Translations under genes and position numbers: made by a program
Notes under the pieces: model-generated
The model's database searches: none
What the model was told of the DNA's origin: nothing
Seen by the model: only the letters and a program-made list of their open reading frames with translations
Part shown: positions 15,301-26,522 of the stretch, piece by piece
How the letters are laid out: every line of letters starts with the position of its first letter
Position numbering within the stretch: position 1 is the first letter of the stretch
Source of the DNA: Nemertoderma westbladi
Lineage: Eukaryota; Animalia; Xenacoelomorpha
Assembly (NCBI GenBank): GCA_032718475.1
Contig: JAUCBJ010007442.1
Span: forward strand, 874-64,873
Length of the DNA: 64,000 nt
Reading direction: 5' to 3'

Positions 15301-15484
15301 ATTTCAAACCCAGCTGTAGAAATTTGCAAACAGTATATATGCCAATTTCACAACATTTATTCATACCGCCAACATCTTCCTGGTCCTCACAGTGTTCCAC
15401 TGTTGTCACAGATCTCGCTGAATATATACAAATACAAAGAAACCAAATAGTAACAACCATATTCATTTTAAAATAAGAGTTCAT
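12353..15484 (-). CDS. Adhesion GPCR (signal peptide, LRRs, Cys/Trp HormR-like repeats, GAIN/GPS, secretin-type 7TM); single coding exon, 1043 aa
   Basis: Hydrophobic N-terminus; LxxLxLxxN repeats; GPS CAFWNSSIDMWSTEGC...CECTHL/TNFALLL; 7TM motifs HLNLCISL, HYFLLVTWCWM, LGITWILG, NSTQGFFLF; C-terminus EKEV. Confidence 0.95.
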   Translation of the reverse strand: MNSYFKMNMVVTIWFLCICIYSARSVTTVEHCEDQEDVGGMNKCCEIGIYTVCKFLQLGLKSTIMISPSVTNLTISLGNAFADKKSPLFENDFETFTQLLELNLSHCYWKEVLPNAFDALTNLVDLNLGNNEITMVEDSTNQFNSLKHLQLQQNKFKSLKKVNLQKFPNIETLDLSYNRLRNISIPVKLRKLKTLKLQGNSLNGADINTVIKSTVKLPSLDLLIVSINNNANYIDVCDLNLTSRYDQNSDCEWILKEQIISNIETYLYISKICSNQDASREVCNGNFMWNTASSEAYISQLCTSKHYMCAIRTCIDGRWLGLKTCSCPFEIDQYNYKWQETEVNTTAELPCNANGGNSGGKVYRNCGIHNMTWGWDSPNITNCYCSPEQSGGYLWSKTTSGDVSSTKCAFNDSITVTRRCSESTKWEDVIDIGCGIDTDIIINSGNAVKIANVTISEAASTNNKTVIEKAAKMVKKLTIQASSDPKVIEGIINISSILVDKAKSINISLIQEVVKSLEDLSILDIPNRTNQTVFTDNIILARYKLTSHELKKNGFVLDEIKNNKYTKDTRKVKVSIPHGAFPETMTTGAIIGLIMYDSAAFFGTNNNNSDNVTSAILSIKVNLEIELSISKSNPITFTLQHQHDSTKSDLLMKCAFWNSSIDMWSTEGCSVKETHYNYTECECTHLTNFALLLDVHNYLSQSYISPEHDKAQQILSIIGTTLSIIGLTLFICIFRKHKKLLQKTNNKIHLNLCISLLLFLIMFLLSGILAHVNAYLCSTLGVLSHYFLLVTWCWMFVDALKLYNICVVQSLEQPSSNSIWKSTAVAWGIPALICIIAVSVDVGNYKLVGIGKGSICWVVGSTYYWSLVAPIGLAIIANTVVFAFVMRVLFCYDRSEITRSKDKVTILVKFKSTVSLMVILGITWILGFLQIGPGHLIASYIFIILNSTQGFFLFTFHCLLSKDKEIQKTWRSLFKLESEHLFTTLSRRRSSATQTVLFSSQKRGSSYTNATATNKNSSVVSKDNGEETKELLDYKLLVGEKEV

Positions 15485-15649
15485 AATTTATACCACTAAT
15501 AAAATATGTTATTAAAGCTTACGAAATATGTTGTAAGGGCAGATTCACAAAGAGGAGAATAAGAGTTACCTACAGTGTATGCATGTAGATGTTGTAGCAC
15601 TATAAGTTAGTTATGTAATAGTTACCTACAGTGTATGTACGTACATGTA

Positions 15650-15701
15650 CGATAAGCCGGCACAGCATTCATAAAAATGCAGCATGCCGATCCTAGTAGT
15701 A
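15650..15701 (+). mobile_element. ~50-bp 3'-end-only insertion related to the 15774-18473 LINE
   Basis: ...AAAAATGCAGCATGCCGATCCTAGTAGTA matches the neighbour's 3' end (...ATGCAGCATGCCGGTCCTAGTAGTAG) in opposite orientation. TSD GTACGTACATGTA at 15637-15649 and 15702-15714. Confidence 0.75.
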
Positions 15702-15773
15702 GTACGTACATGTAATAGTTATCTACAGTGTATGTACATACATGCAGTATCACTATTAGTTAGTTATGTAATA

Positions 15774-18473
15774 CTACTACTAGGACCGGCATGCTGCATT
15801 GCAGCTGCATTTTTAGGAATGCTTGTCAACAAAATTGCACCGCCACAACTCCCTATCACCCATGACATTTGCTAGATCATTCGCATCTTTAAGGCCAGTG
15901 TCCTTTAAGATGCGTCTCAAGAAAGTCATGGGCTGTCCACCATGCTTATTCACTCCATGAGGCTGCCAAAGTACAAGATTATGCACTGGCTGGTCCTAAC
16001 GGCGAAAACAATGTCCTGCAAAGCGGAGGCGATTTTGTTCTTGTGTCAAGCTTGGGGGAACCAATGAGACACCTCCAATGTTATATAGTGTCTGGTTGGA
16101 GATGTGTGCATTGTACTTGACACAATGAACCCGGCGTAGCATTCTTGAAAAATTCTCGGTACATGTCTACTATGATGGGATAGATGAGCTTTAAACACTC
16201 AGGTATTTTAAAGACCTCAGGGGGAACACCATCTACTCCACTGGCACGATTGGTCTTAATGCTCTTTGCAGCAGCCTTCACTTCTGCAAAGGAGATATCG
16301 CCAATGGGAATATCTGGGAGTACAGACTCAGACACTTTTACTTCTATAAAGTTATCTGGCAATACCCTGTCATTATTGAGGAGCTTTTCAAAGTGGGCTT
16401 TCCAACCATTGAGGCGATCGGCTGGTGATTCAGCCTTAACCTTGGTGGTTGGTTGGCTTTTCCGCCCAGTAAGCAGATTGATCGATTTCCATGCCTGGGA
16501 TGATTGCCTGCTGTCGTCAGCATCATTGATGGCATCAACCTGTTGGTTTATGAGCTCCTGTAGATTAACAGAGTACTGTCTGTTCAGGGACCTAGATGCA
16601 GCCTTAACTGCATTCTTGGCCGCTAAAGTCTGTTTGAGTCGGGACTCTTTCTGCGCCTTATGAAGGTCGTTTCGGCACTTTTGAATTTTGTTGTCAGTCC
16701 AGGGGGCCCTTTTCCTGTTTCGAGGGTATACAGGAACTGTTTCTGCAGCTGCTAACTTAACTGCTTCTGTAAAGGCAGTATAGCCCTCACAGTGATCTGC
16801 CGCCTCAGAGGCAAGAGCCTCATACCTATTACTCAGCTGTAGTGTGAAGCTGGATCTCACACTTGGCTGTTGCAACAGAGAAGACCAGTCATGCCGCGGC
16901 AAGGCAGATTTCGTTGTTCTGCTAGCACGCAGACTGAGTCTTACCTTGGCCAGAATAAGGCGGTGGTCACTGGAGAAGGGTCGAATTGTAAATGCATTAC
17001 AGTCGTGTATAGAGCTCCTGTATTTCCTACGAAACAAAATATGGTCTATCTGGGACTTGTGACCACTGGGTCCACTATGAGTCCATAGCTTTCCAGTTCG
17101 CTTCTTGAACTGGGTTCCAGCCGAAAACAATCCATTTCCAGAGATAAAATCCTGAAGATGGACAGAATTTCGGTTAACACTATTGCTATAGACCCAGGGC
17201 GATGTAGGTGATTGATGCAGACTTGCATTAAAGTCCCCCAGGAATGTTAAGAATGCATGCTGATCCACTCCACCAGTAGCTGCTTGTAGATTGTGGTAGA
17301 AATTTTCCACCTCCTCTACAGGGGCAACACTAGTTGGAGAGTAGCACACAATCAGAACCACCTTAGGAAACTTCTTAGCCAGTCTTCCAGAACATGAGAA
17401 GTGGCAACGGATGATGCAGTTAGAGATTTGGTCTATTTTGTCCAATGCTGCATGTGCAGTTGGATTCATCAATAGACCAATTCCACCATTGCCACTATTA
17501 TATGCTGAAGCGAGGGCGAGTCGCCAACCGCCCCCCATGTCCTTAATCACAACCTCATCAGTCTGTCCAGTCTGCATTCGGTGCTCTTGAACACCCACTG
17601 CGCTAAGAGAAAGCTTATCTGCCAAGGCAGTCAGCTCACCTTGTCGCATTGGGGACCCGAGTGTTAAGGGGTTTACTGAGGCTAGTCTAGTGACTTGCCT
17701 CAGATTCACCAATGGCTTTGTTGGTCGGGGTGGAACATGAGAGTAGCCTCCAACTCCAGAATCCCTCTCCCCATCACAATCTGGCCTCCCTGGTGACCCA
17801 GGGTTTGGGCCAGAAAGGTCATCAGGAAAGGGACTCAAAGAATTGTTGGCTGCTCTCTCTCCAGTAGGGGGTGAGACAGGCAGCCGGTCAGGAGTTAACT
17901 GACGCCTGTGCGGCCGATTGTGTCCGGTAATTCCACTGGCCTCTAGTGGCCGGACCTCCGCATTGCTAATGTAATCCATAGTGGGGGTTGGGGGGTGCTT
18001 TTTTGCCGAGTCAGCTCTCGGGGCAAATACCACACCCTGGTTTGCCATTCCACAGGGTGGGTGTCGCAATGGAGTCAGATATGAGGCCCATCACCCATAT
18101 CTACTCTGGCGCACATGACCCACCATTGGCTGTTGCAGCTCATCTGCTGTGTCATGCCCTGTACCCTTGCTGCCAGGTGCAGGTCGCAGTGAAGTGCTCT
18201 CAGAGTGGACATGAGAACACTCTACTCCTGACCAGCCATTGGTAGATCACCATCTGCCTGGTCAGGCCATTTACCCCTGCAGCCAAGTATATGGGTCCTT
18301 AATCCAGGACCAAGGGCGTCCTTATCCCAGAACGAAGGGGGTCCTAGTTACAGGACCAGATTTGCCCTAGTAAGAGGGTCTATGCAGCTACAGGTGGCAC
18401 CTCCTTTATGCTGCATGGAGGTGGCAAGTTTTCTTGATCAATGACCTAGAATACCTGACCTGACAAAGTTATG
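15774..18473 (-). mobile_element. RTE-like LINE with long 5' leader and 3' tail but an internal deletion of the RT core
   Basis: (TAG)n tail at 15774-15783; TSD TAGTTATG(T/C)AATA at 15761-15773 and 18474-18486. APE ORF present; the RTE C-terminal segment RMLRRVHCV...RLRFAGHCFRR follows the junction at ~16150 in another frame. Confidence 0.88.
16081..18069 (-). CDS. AP-endonuclease ORF of the RTE-like element, ending at the start of the RT
   Basis: APE motifs VGVQEHR, CYSPT, LGDFNA, QIDHIL, SSDHRL, then ASGVDGVPPEVFK (RT domain 0) and no QG/YADD motifs. The ORF-track start is a TTG. Confidence 0.85.
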   Translation of the reverse strand: MRHPPCGMANQGVVFAPRADSAKKHPPTPTMDYISNAEVRPLEASGITGHNRPHRRQLTPDRLPVSPPTGERAANNSLSPFPDDLSGPNPGSPGRPDCDGERDSGVGGYSHVPPRPTKPLVNLRQVTRLASVNPLTLGSPMRQGELTALADKLSLSAVGVQEHRMQTGQTDEVVIKDMGGGWRLALASAYNSGNGGIGLLMNPTAHAALDKIDQISNCIIRCHFSCSGRLAKKFPKVVLIVCYSPTSVAPVEEVENFYHNLQAATGGVDQHAFLTFLGDFNASLHQSPTSPWVYSNSVNRNSVHLQDFISGNGLFSAGTQFKKRTGKLWTHSGPSGHKSQIDHILFRRKYRSSIHDCNAFTIRPFSSDHRLILAKVRLSLRASRTTKSALPRHDWSSLLQQPSVRSSFTLQLSNRYEALASEAADHCEGYTAFTEAVKLAAAETVPVYPRNRKRAPWTDNKIQKCRNDLHKAQKESRLKQTLAAKNAVKAASRSLNRQYSVNLQELINQQVDAINDADDSRQSSQAWKSINLLTGRKSQPTTKVKAESPADRLNGWKAHFEKLLNNDRVLPDNFIEVKVSESVLPDIPIGDISFAEVKAAAKSIKTNRASGVDGVPPEVFKIPECLKLIYPIIVDMYREFFKNATPGSLCQVQCTHLQPDTI

Positions 18474-21400
18474 TAGTTATGCAATAGTTACTTACAGTGT
18501 ATGTACGTACATGTAATAGTTATCTACAGTGTATGTACGTACATGTTGTACGTACATGTTGTAGCACTATTAGTTAGTTATGTAATAGTTATCTACAGTG
18601 TATGTACGTACATGTAATAGTTATCTACAGTGTATGTACGTACATGCTGTAGCACTATAAGTTAGTTATGTAATAGTTACCTACAGTGTATGTACGTACA
18701 TGTAATAGTTATCTACAGTGTATGTACGTACATGTAATAGTTATCTACAGTGTATGTACGTACATGCTGTAGCACTATTAGTTAGTTATGTAATAGTTAT
18801 CTACAGTGTATGTACGTACATGTTGTACGTACATGTTGTAGCACTATTAGTTAGTTATGTAATAGTTATCTACAGTGTATGTACGTACATGTAATAGTTA
18901 TCTACAGTGTATGTACGTACATGCTGTAGCACTATAAGTTAGTTATGTAATAGTTATCTACACTGTATGTACGTACATGTAATAGTTACCTACAGTGTAT
19001 GTACGTATATGTAATAGTTATCTACAGTGTATGTACGTACATGTAATAGTTATCTACAGTGTATGTACGTACATGTAATAGTTACTTACAGTGTATGTAC
19101 GTACATGTTGTAGCACTATAAGTTAGTTATGTAATAGTTACCTACAGTGTATGTACGTACATGTAATAGTTACCTACAGTGTATGTACGTACAAGCTGTA
19201 GCACTATAAGTTAGTTATGTAATAGTTATCTACAGTGTATGTACGTACATGTAATAGTTACCTACAGTGTATGTACGTATATGTAATAGTTATCTACAGT
19301 GTATGTACGTACATGTAATAGTTACCTACAGTGTATGCATGTACATGTTGTAGCAATATAAGTTAGTTATGTAATAGTTATCTACAGTGTATGTACGTAC
19401 ATGTAATAGTTACCTACAGTGTATGTACGTACATGTAATAGTTACCTACAGTGTATGCATGTACATGTTGTAGCAATATAAGTTAGTTATGTAATAGTTA
19501 TCTACAGTGTATGTACGTACATGTAATAGTTACCTACAGTGTATGTACGTACATGTAATAGTTACCTACAGTGTAGTATGTACGTACATGCTGTAGCACT
19601 ATAAGTTAGTTATGTAATAGTTACCTACAGTGTATGTACGTACATGTAATAGTAACCTATAGTGTATATACGTACAAGCTGTAGCACTATAAGTTAGTTA
19701 TGTAATAGTTATATACAGTGTATGTACGTACATGTAATAGTTATCTACAGTGTATGTACGTACATGCAGTATCACTATTAGTTAGTTATGTAATAGTTAT
19801 CTACAGTGTATGTACATACATGTAATAGTTACCTACAGTGTATGTACGTACATGTAATAGTAACCTATAGTGTATATACGTACAAGCTGTAGCACTATAA
19901 GTTAGTTATGTAATAGTTATCTACAGTGTATGTACGTACATATAATAGTTACCTACAGTGTATGTACGTACATGCAGTATCACTATTAGTTAGTTATGTA
20001 ATAGTTACCTACAGTGTATGTACGTACATGTAATAGTTATCTACAGTGTATGTACGTACATGCAGTATCACTATTAGTTAGTTATGTAATAGTTATCTAC
20101 AGTGTATGTACGTACATGTAATAGTTACCTACAGTGTATGTACGTACATGCAGTATCACTATTAGTTAGTTATGTAATAGTTACCTACAGTGTATGTACG
20201 TACATGTAATAGTTATCTACAGTGTATGTACGTACATGTAATAGTTATCTACAGTGTATGTACGTACATGCAGTATCACTATTAGTTAGTTATGTAATAG
20301 TTACCTACAGTGTATGTACGTACATGTAATAGTTATCTACAGTGTATGTACGTACATGTAATAGTTATCTACAGTGTATGTACGTACATGCAGTATCACT
20401 ATTAGTTAGTTATGTAATAGTTATCTACAGTGTATGTACGTACATGTAATAGTTACCTACAGTGTATGTACGTACATGCAGTATCACTATTAGTTAGTTA
20501 TGTAATAGTTACCTACAGTGTATGTACGTACATGTAATAGTTATCTACAGTGTATGTACGTACATGCAGTATCACTATTAGTTAGTTATGTAATAGTTGC
20601 CTACAGTGTATGTACGTACATGTAATAGTTATCTACAGTGTATGTACGTACATGCAGTATCACTATTAGTTAGTTATGTAATAGTTACCTACAGTGTATG
20701 TACGTACATGTAATAGTTATCTACAGTGTATGTACGTACATGCAGTATCACTATTAGTTAGTTATGTAATAGTTATCTACAGTGTATGTACGTACATGTA
20801 ATAGTTACCTACAGTGTATTTACGTACATGTAATAGTTATCTACAGTGTATGTACGTACATGCAGTATCACTATTAGTTAGTTATGTAATAAACACCTAC
20901 AGTGTATGTACGTACATGCAGTATCACTATTAGTTAGTTATGTAATAAACACCTACAGTGTATGTACGTACATGTAATAGTTATCTACAGTGTATGTACG
21001 TACATGTAATAGTTATCTACAGTGTAGTATGTACGTACAAGCTGTAGCACTATAAGTTAGTAATTTAATAGTTACCTACAGTGTATGTACGTACATGTAA
21101 TAGTTACCTACAGTGTATGTACGTACATGTAATAGTTACCTACAGTGTATGTACGTACATGTAATAGTTATCTACAGTGGATGTACGTACAAGCTGTATC
21201 ACTATTAGTTAGTTATGTAATAGTTATCTACAGTGTATGTACGTACATGTAATAGTTATCTACTGTGTATGTACGCACATGCTGTAGCACTATAAGTTAG
21301 TTATGTAATAGTTACCTACAGTGTATGTACGTACAAGCTGTAGCACTATAAGTTAGTTATGTAATAGTTACCTACAGTGTATGTACGTACAAGCTGTAGC

Positions 21401-23800
21401 ACTATAAGTTAGTTATGTAATAGTTATATACAGTGTATGTACGTACATGTAATAGTTATCTACAGTGTATGTACGTACATGCAGTATCACTATTAGTTAG
21501 TTATGTAATAGTTATCTACAGTGTATGTACATACATGTAATAGTTACCTACAGTGTATGTACGTACATGTAATAGTAACCTATAGTGTATATACGTACAA
21601 GCTGTAGCACTATAAGTTAGTTATGTAATAGTTATCTACAGTGTATGTACGTACATATAATAGTTACCTACAGTGTATGTACGTACATGCAGTATCACTA
21701 TTAGTTAGTTATGTAATAGTTACCTACAGTGTATGTACGTACATGTAATAGTTATCTACAGTGTATGTACGTACATGCAGTATCACTATTAGTTAGTTAT
21801 GTAATAGTTATCTACAGTGTATGTACGTACATGTAATAGTTACCTACAGTGTATGTACGTACATGCAGTATCACTATTAGTTAGTTATGTAATAGTTACC
21901 TACAGTGTATGTACGTACATGTAATAGTTATCTACAGTGTATGTACGTACATGTAATAGTTATCTACAGTGTATGTACGTACATGCAGTATCACTATTAG
22001 TTAGTTATGTAATAGTTACCTACAGTGTATGTACGTACATGTAATAGTTATCTACAGTGTATGTACGTACATGTAATAGTTATCTACAGTGTATGTACGT
22101 ACATGCAGTATCACTATTAGTTAGTTATGTAATAGTTATCTACAGTGTATGTACGTACATGTAATAGTTACCTACAGTGTATGTACGTACATGCAGTATC
22201 ACTATTAGTTAGTTATGTAATAGTTACCTACAGTGTATGTACGTACATGTAATAGTTATCTACAGTGTATGTACGTACATGCAGTATCACTATTAGTTAG
22301 TTATGTAATAGTTGCCTACAGTGTATGTACGTACATGTAATAGTTATCTACAGTGTATGTACGTACATGCAGTATCACTATTAGTTAGTTATGTAATAGT
22401 TACCTACAGTGTATGTACGTACATGTAATAGTTATCTACAGTGTATGTACGTACATGCAGTATCACTATTAGTTAGTTATGTAATAGTTATCTACAGTGT
22501 ATGTACGTACATGTAATAGTTACCTACAGTGTATTTACGTACATGTAATAGTTATCTACAGTGTATGTACGTACATGCAGTATCACTATTAGTTAGTTAT
22601 GTAATAAACACCTACAGTGTATGTACGTACATGCAGTATCACTATTAGTTAGTTATGTAATAAACACCTACAGTGTATGTACGTACATGTAATAGTTATC
22701 TACAGTGTATGTACGTACATGTAATAGTTATCTACAGTGTAGTATGTACGTACAAGCTGTAGCACTATAAGTTAGTAATTTAATAGTTACCTACAGTGTA
22801 TGTACGTACATGTAATAGTTACCTACAGTGTATGTACGTACATGTAATAGTTACCTACAGTGTATGTACGTACATGTAATAGTTATCTACAGTGGATGTA
22901 CGTACAAGCTGTATCACTATTAGTTAGTTATGTAATAGTTATCTACAGTGTATGTACGTACATGTAATAGTTATCTACTGTGTATGTACGCACATGCTGT
23001 AGCACTATAAGTTAGTTATGTAATAGTTACCTACAGTGTATGTACGTACAAGCTGTAGCACTATAAGTTAGTTATGTAATAGTTACCTACAGTGTATGTA
23101 CGTACAAGCTGTAGCACTATAAGTTGGTTATGTAATAGTTACCTACAGTGTATGTACGTACATGTAATAGTTATCTACAGTGTAGTATGTACGTACATGT
23201 AATAGTTATCTACAGTGTATGTACGTACATGTAATAGTTATCTACAGTGTAGTATGTACGTACATGTAATAGTTATCTACAGTGTATGTACGTACATGTA
23301 ATAGTTATCTACAGTGTATGTACGTACAAGCTGTAGCACTATAAGTTAGTTATGTAATAGTTACCTACAGTGTATGTACGTACATGTAATAGTTATCTAC
23401 AGTGTATGTACGTACATGTAATAGTTATCTACAGTGTAGTATGTACGTACAAGCTGTAGCACTATAAGTTAGTAATTTAATAGTTACCTACAGTGTATGT
23501 ACGTACATGTAATAGTTACCTACAGTGTATGTACGTACATGTAATAGTTACCTACAGTGTATGTACGTACATGTAATAGTTATCTACAGTGGATGTACGT
23601 ACAAGCTGTAGCAATATAAGTTAGTTATGTAATAGTTACCTACAGTGTATGTACGTACAAGCTGTAGCACTATAAGTTAGTTATGTAATAGTTACCTACA
23701 GTGTATGTACGTACATGTAATAGTTATCTACAGTGTAGTATGTACGTACATGTAATAGTTATCTACAGTGTATGTAGGTACATGTAATAGTTATCTACAG

Positions 23801-26522
23801 ATTAGATTATCGCGCAAACGCGCGCAGCACCAGTCTAGCTGGCATTTATTCAAACAGTAAAAACTTAAAAATCATCAAAACATTAAAACCGCATTGAAAG
23901 TGAAGGTTAAAATGTACAGTAATAAAATGGTAGGTAAGTTACCGTTAAATGGGGTTACACAGCACGGCATTCTAAATGCACCCAAAACCAAAAAGCATCA
24001 CGTCTTTTCCCTACCCTAATTGTGAAATGACATTAAAACCACAAATATCAGGATATATAATAGACCTCGTGTACTAAAATCCTGCTAGGTTTAAAATTAA
24101 ACAATTGAATCAAGCAAAATCAAACATAACACGATCAAAATCGAGAAATCTGCACTGGGTACTGGGTAGACTCCTACTAGATTTACATTTAGAAACCCGA
24201 GAAATCTGCACTGGGTACTGGGTGGGTAGTCTCCTACCGCTAAAATGCACGACATACTGTATGGAACCCAAGATCGCGAAAATACAGAGGGTAAATCTCC
24301 TTAGATCTAGAAACTGCACAAGTACAGGGTGATCTACTTGGTTTACATAACAAAATAGGCTACTAAGTGCACGACATAATGCAACTTAAAATGGAAAATT
24401 AACAGGCTATCATATCTCATAATTCAAATATTCTGAAATATTCTTTTATGTGCTTATGCTTTGAACGAAAAGATACACCTGGTATTGAAAAAGTGTTTGA
24501 AATAAAATTAGCTGACATTTGAGAAACTGCTGAGACTTCTGGGGGAGATAGTCGTTCCTTAAGCGATTTATGGCAGTACTGATAGTTGCACAGCGATTTA
24601 ATCGAGGGAAGACTATGCTCTTGTATGGCATATCTTAACGTGCCCCCTAAGCCTTGATACGTCCCTGGATTTCCCAACGCGTTATTTTGAACACCCAACC
24701 TAAAAATCACTTGTAGATTGTAATTGGGAGTAGATAGACCTCGCAGTAGGGTCCCAAGACACGATCTATAGGCTCCCACAGATAAACTATCTGTTCCAAA
24801 CAGATGGTTTAGTGTTTCATTCGACACATACGGCCCCAAGTGAAGCAAACCTCTCAGCTTCTGGCGATAATATGCATCTAACTTGGCTTTCTCAAATTTC
24901 TTCAGAGCACCAATCGAGTATTTGTGTCGGTATAAGAACGAGGATAAAGCAATTGATCTCCATAAAAGTGCCACTTTTTCCACTGGATAGTGTTTGGTAG
25001 TCCAACCTTGCTTGTGGAATCGATCAGCCAATATTGCCAGAGCCTGGATTGTATTAGCCAACACATTTACATTATTTTGCCAAGACCTTTGGATATTAAC
25101 ACCAAGGAAAGTTATCGACTGTGACATATCATGGTGTCGACCATTTAAAAACAGAGTTGGAGGCGGTTTATTCTCCGCTGTATTCCAAGGAGATAGATAT
25201 ATCCAATTTATCTTCGAGTCTTCCAACCGCAGCCCTAGTTTGGTTATGTGTGTTTCTATACGAGTTGCCAACTTCTCCATATCCCGTGGACAACTTGCCA
25301 TCAGAAGGATGTCATCAGCATATCCAAGAGCACTAAACAACTCATTATATATTCGGCAACCAATCTTACTTTGACCATTGCATGAATAAATATTTGTAAA
25401 CATCCCATTTGTGTAATAGTTAAACAGGGCTGGAGATAGAATGGACCCTTGTTTTATTCCATTAAGCATAGTGAAACCATTTTCCGATACAAGGCCATTT
25501 ATGTTAATGAAAAGACGACTAAGCTGATAATAAACAACCAGAATTCTACAGATGTACGGATTGATGACATCGGACATCCTCTGAAACAATTTAATCTGGT
25601 CGACTCCGTCATATGCCGCCGAGATATCCAGCTGACAAACGTATACTCCAGATCCATGCCTGCGATAATGTTCTATACACTCAAGTACAGCACTGAGAAT
25701 TACATCACTGCCAATTCCCGATTGATAAGCCAACTGCTGAGGACTGGGTTCCAGAAAAAGATACTCCCTAAGTAATACTCCTTCGAGTACCTTGCCAAAT
25801 ATGCTGATAGATGATATTGGACGATATGACGATGGTGCACAAACATCCTTTTTCTTCCCTTTGTAGATACAGGTGACTACAGTCTCCCCAAAGAAATCAG
25901 GCAGGCATCCTAGAGATATGGACTCATTTAATAACTTTGTTACGTGGTAGCACACAACTTCTTTCTCCGAATATAAAAGGTGCTCTACAGTCATCATCTG
26001 CTTGTCTGGGGACTTATTTCTGTTGAGAAGTAAGATTGTCCGTTCAACCAACTTTTCAGAAATGACTGGTGCCTCAGTTTGACTACAAGCTGAACTTAGC
26101 TTCTCAAGTAAACTATTTATATTTTTCGGTTGAGAACTGTCCTTTTGTAGCTGATTACATAAATAGTCGGTGAGAGGACCTCTCATGGATTCAGCCGTGG
26201 TATCTTTCCGTTTATTATTTACAAAATTCCAAAATCCACTTGGGTTGTGTCTGTAACTGCCAATTAAATGATCAATGCGCTTGGATAAGTGTTGCTTGGT
26301 GAGCCAGTTTTTAAGGTGCCTCGTTGCACGCTTGGAATCTTGAAACATCTGTCCAAAAGTGTCACCCGAATCCTTACCCCTTTCACACCAAATATTATAT
26401 AACTTTTTAGATGTTTGGCATCTTTCCAGTAATTTTTTATTTCGCACCCTGATATTGTTCGACTTCTTTTTGTGCTGTTTCTTGGGTATATATTCATAGG
26501 CAGTATCATGTATACACGTACA
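23801..26522 (-). mobile_element. 5'-truncated non-LTR retrotransposon (RT plus ~615-bp 3' UTR, no endonuclease), copy 1
   Basis: Non-satellite insert in the array. Sense 3' end is AATAAA...GCGCGCGTTTGCGCG stem-loop...ATAATCTAAT. Possible TACAG duplication at 23796-23800 and 26523-26527. Clade uncertain. Confidence 0.9.
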
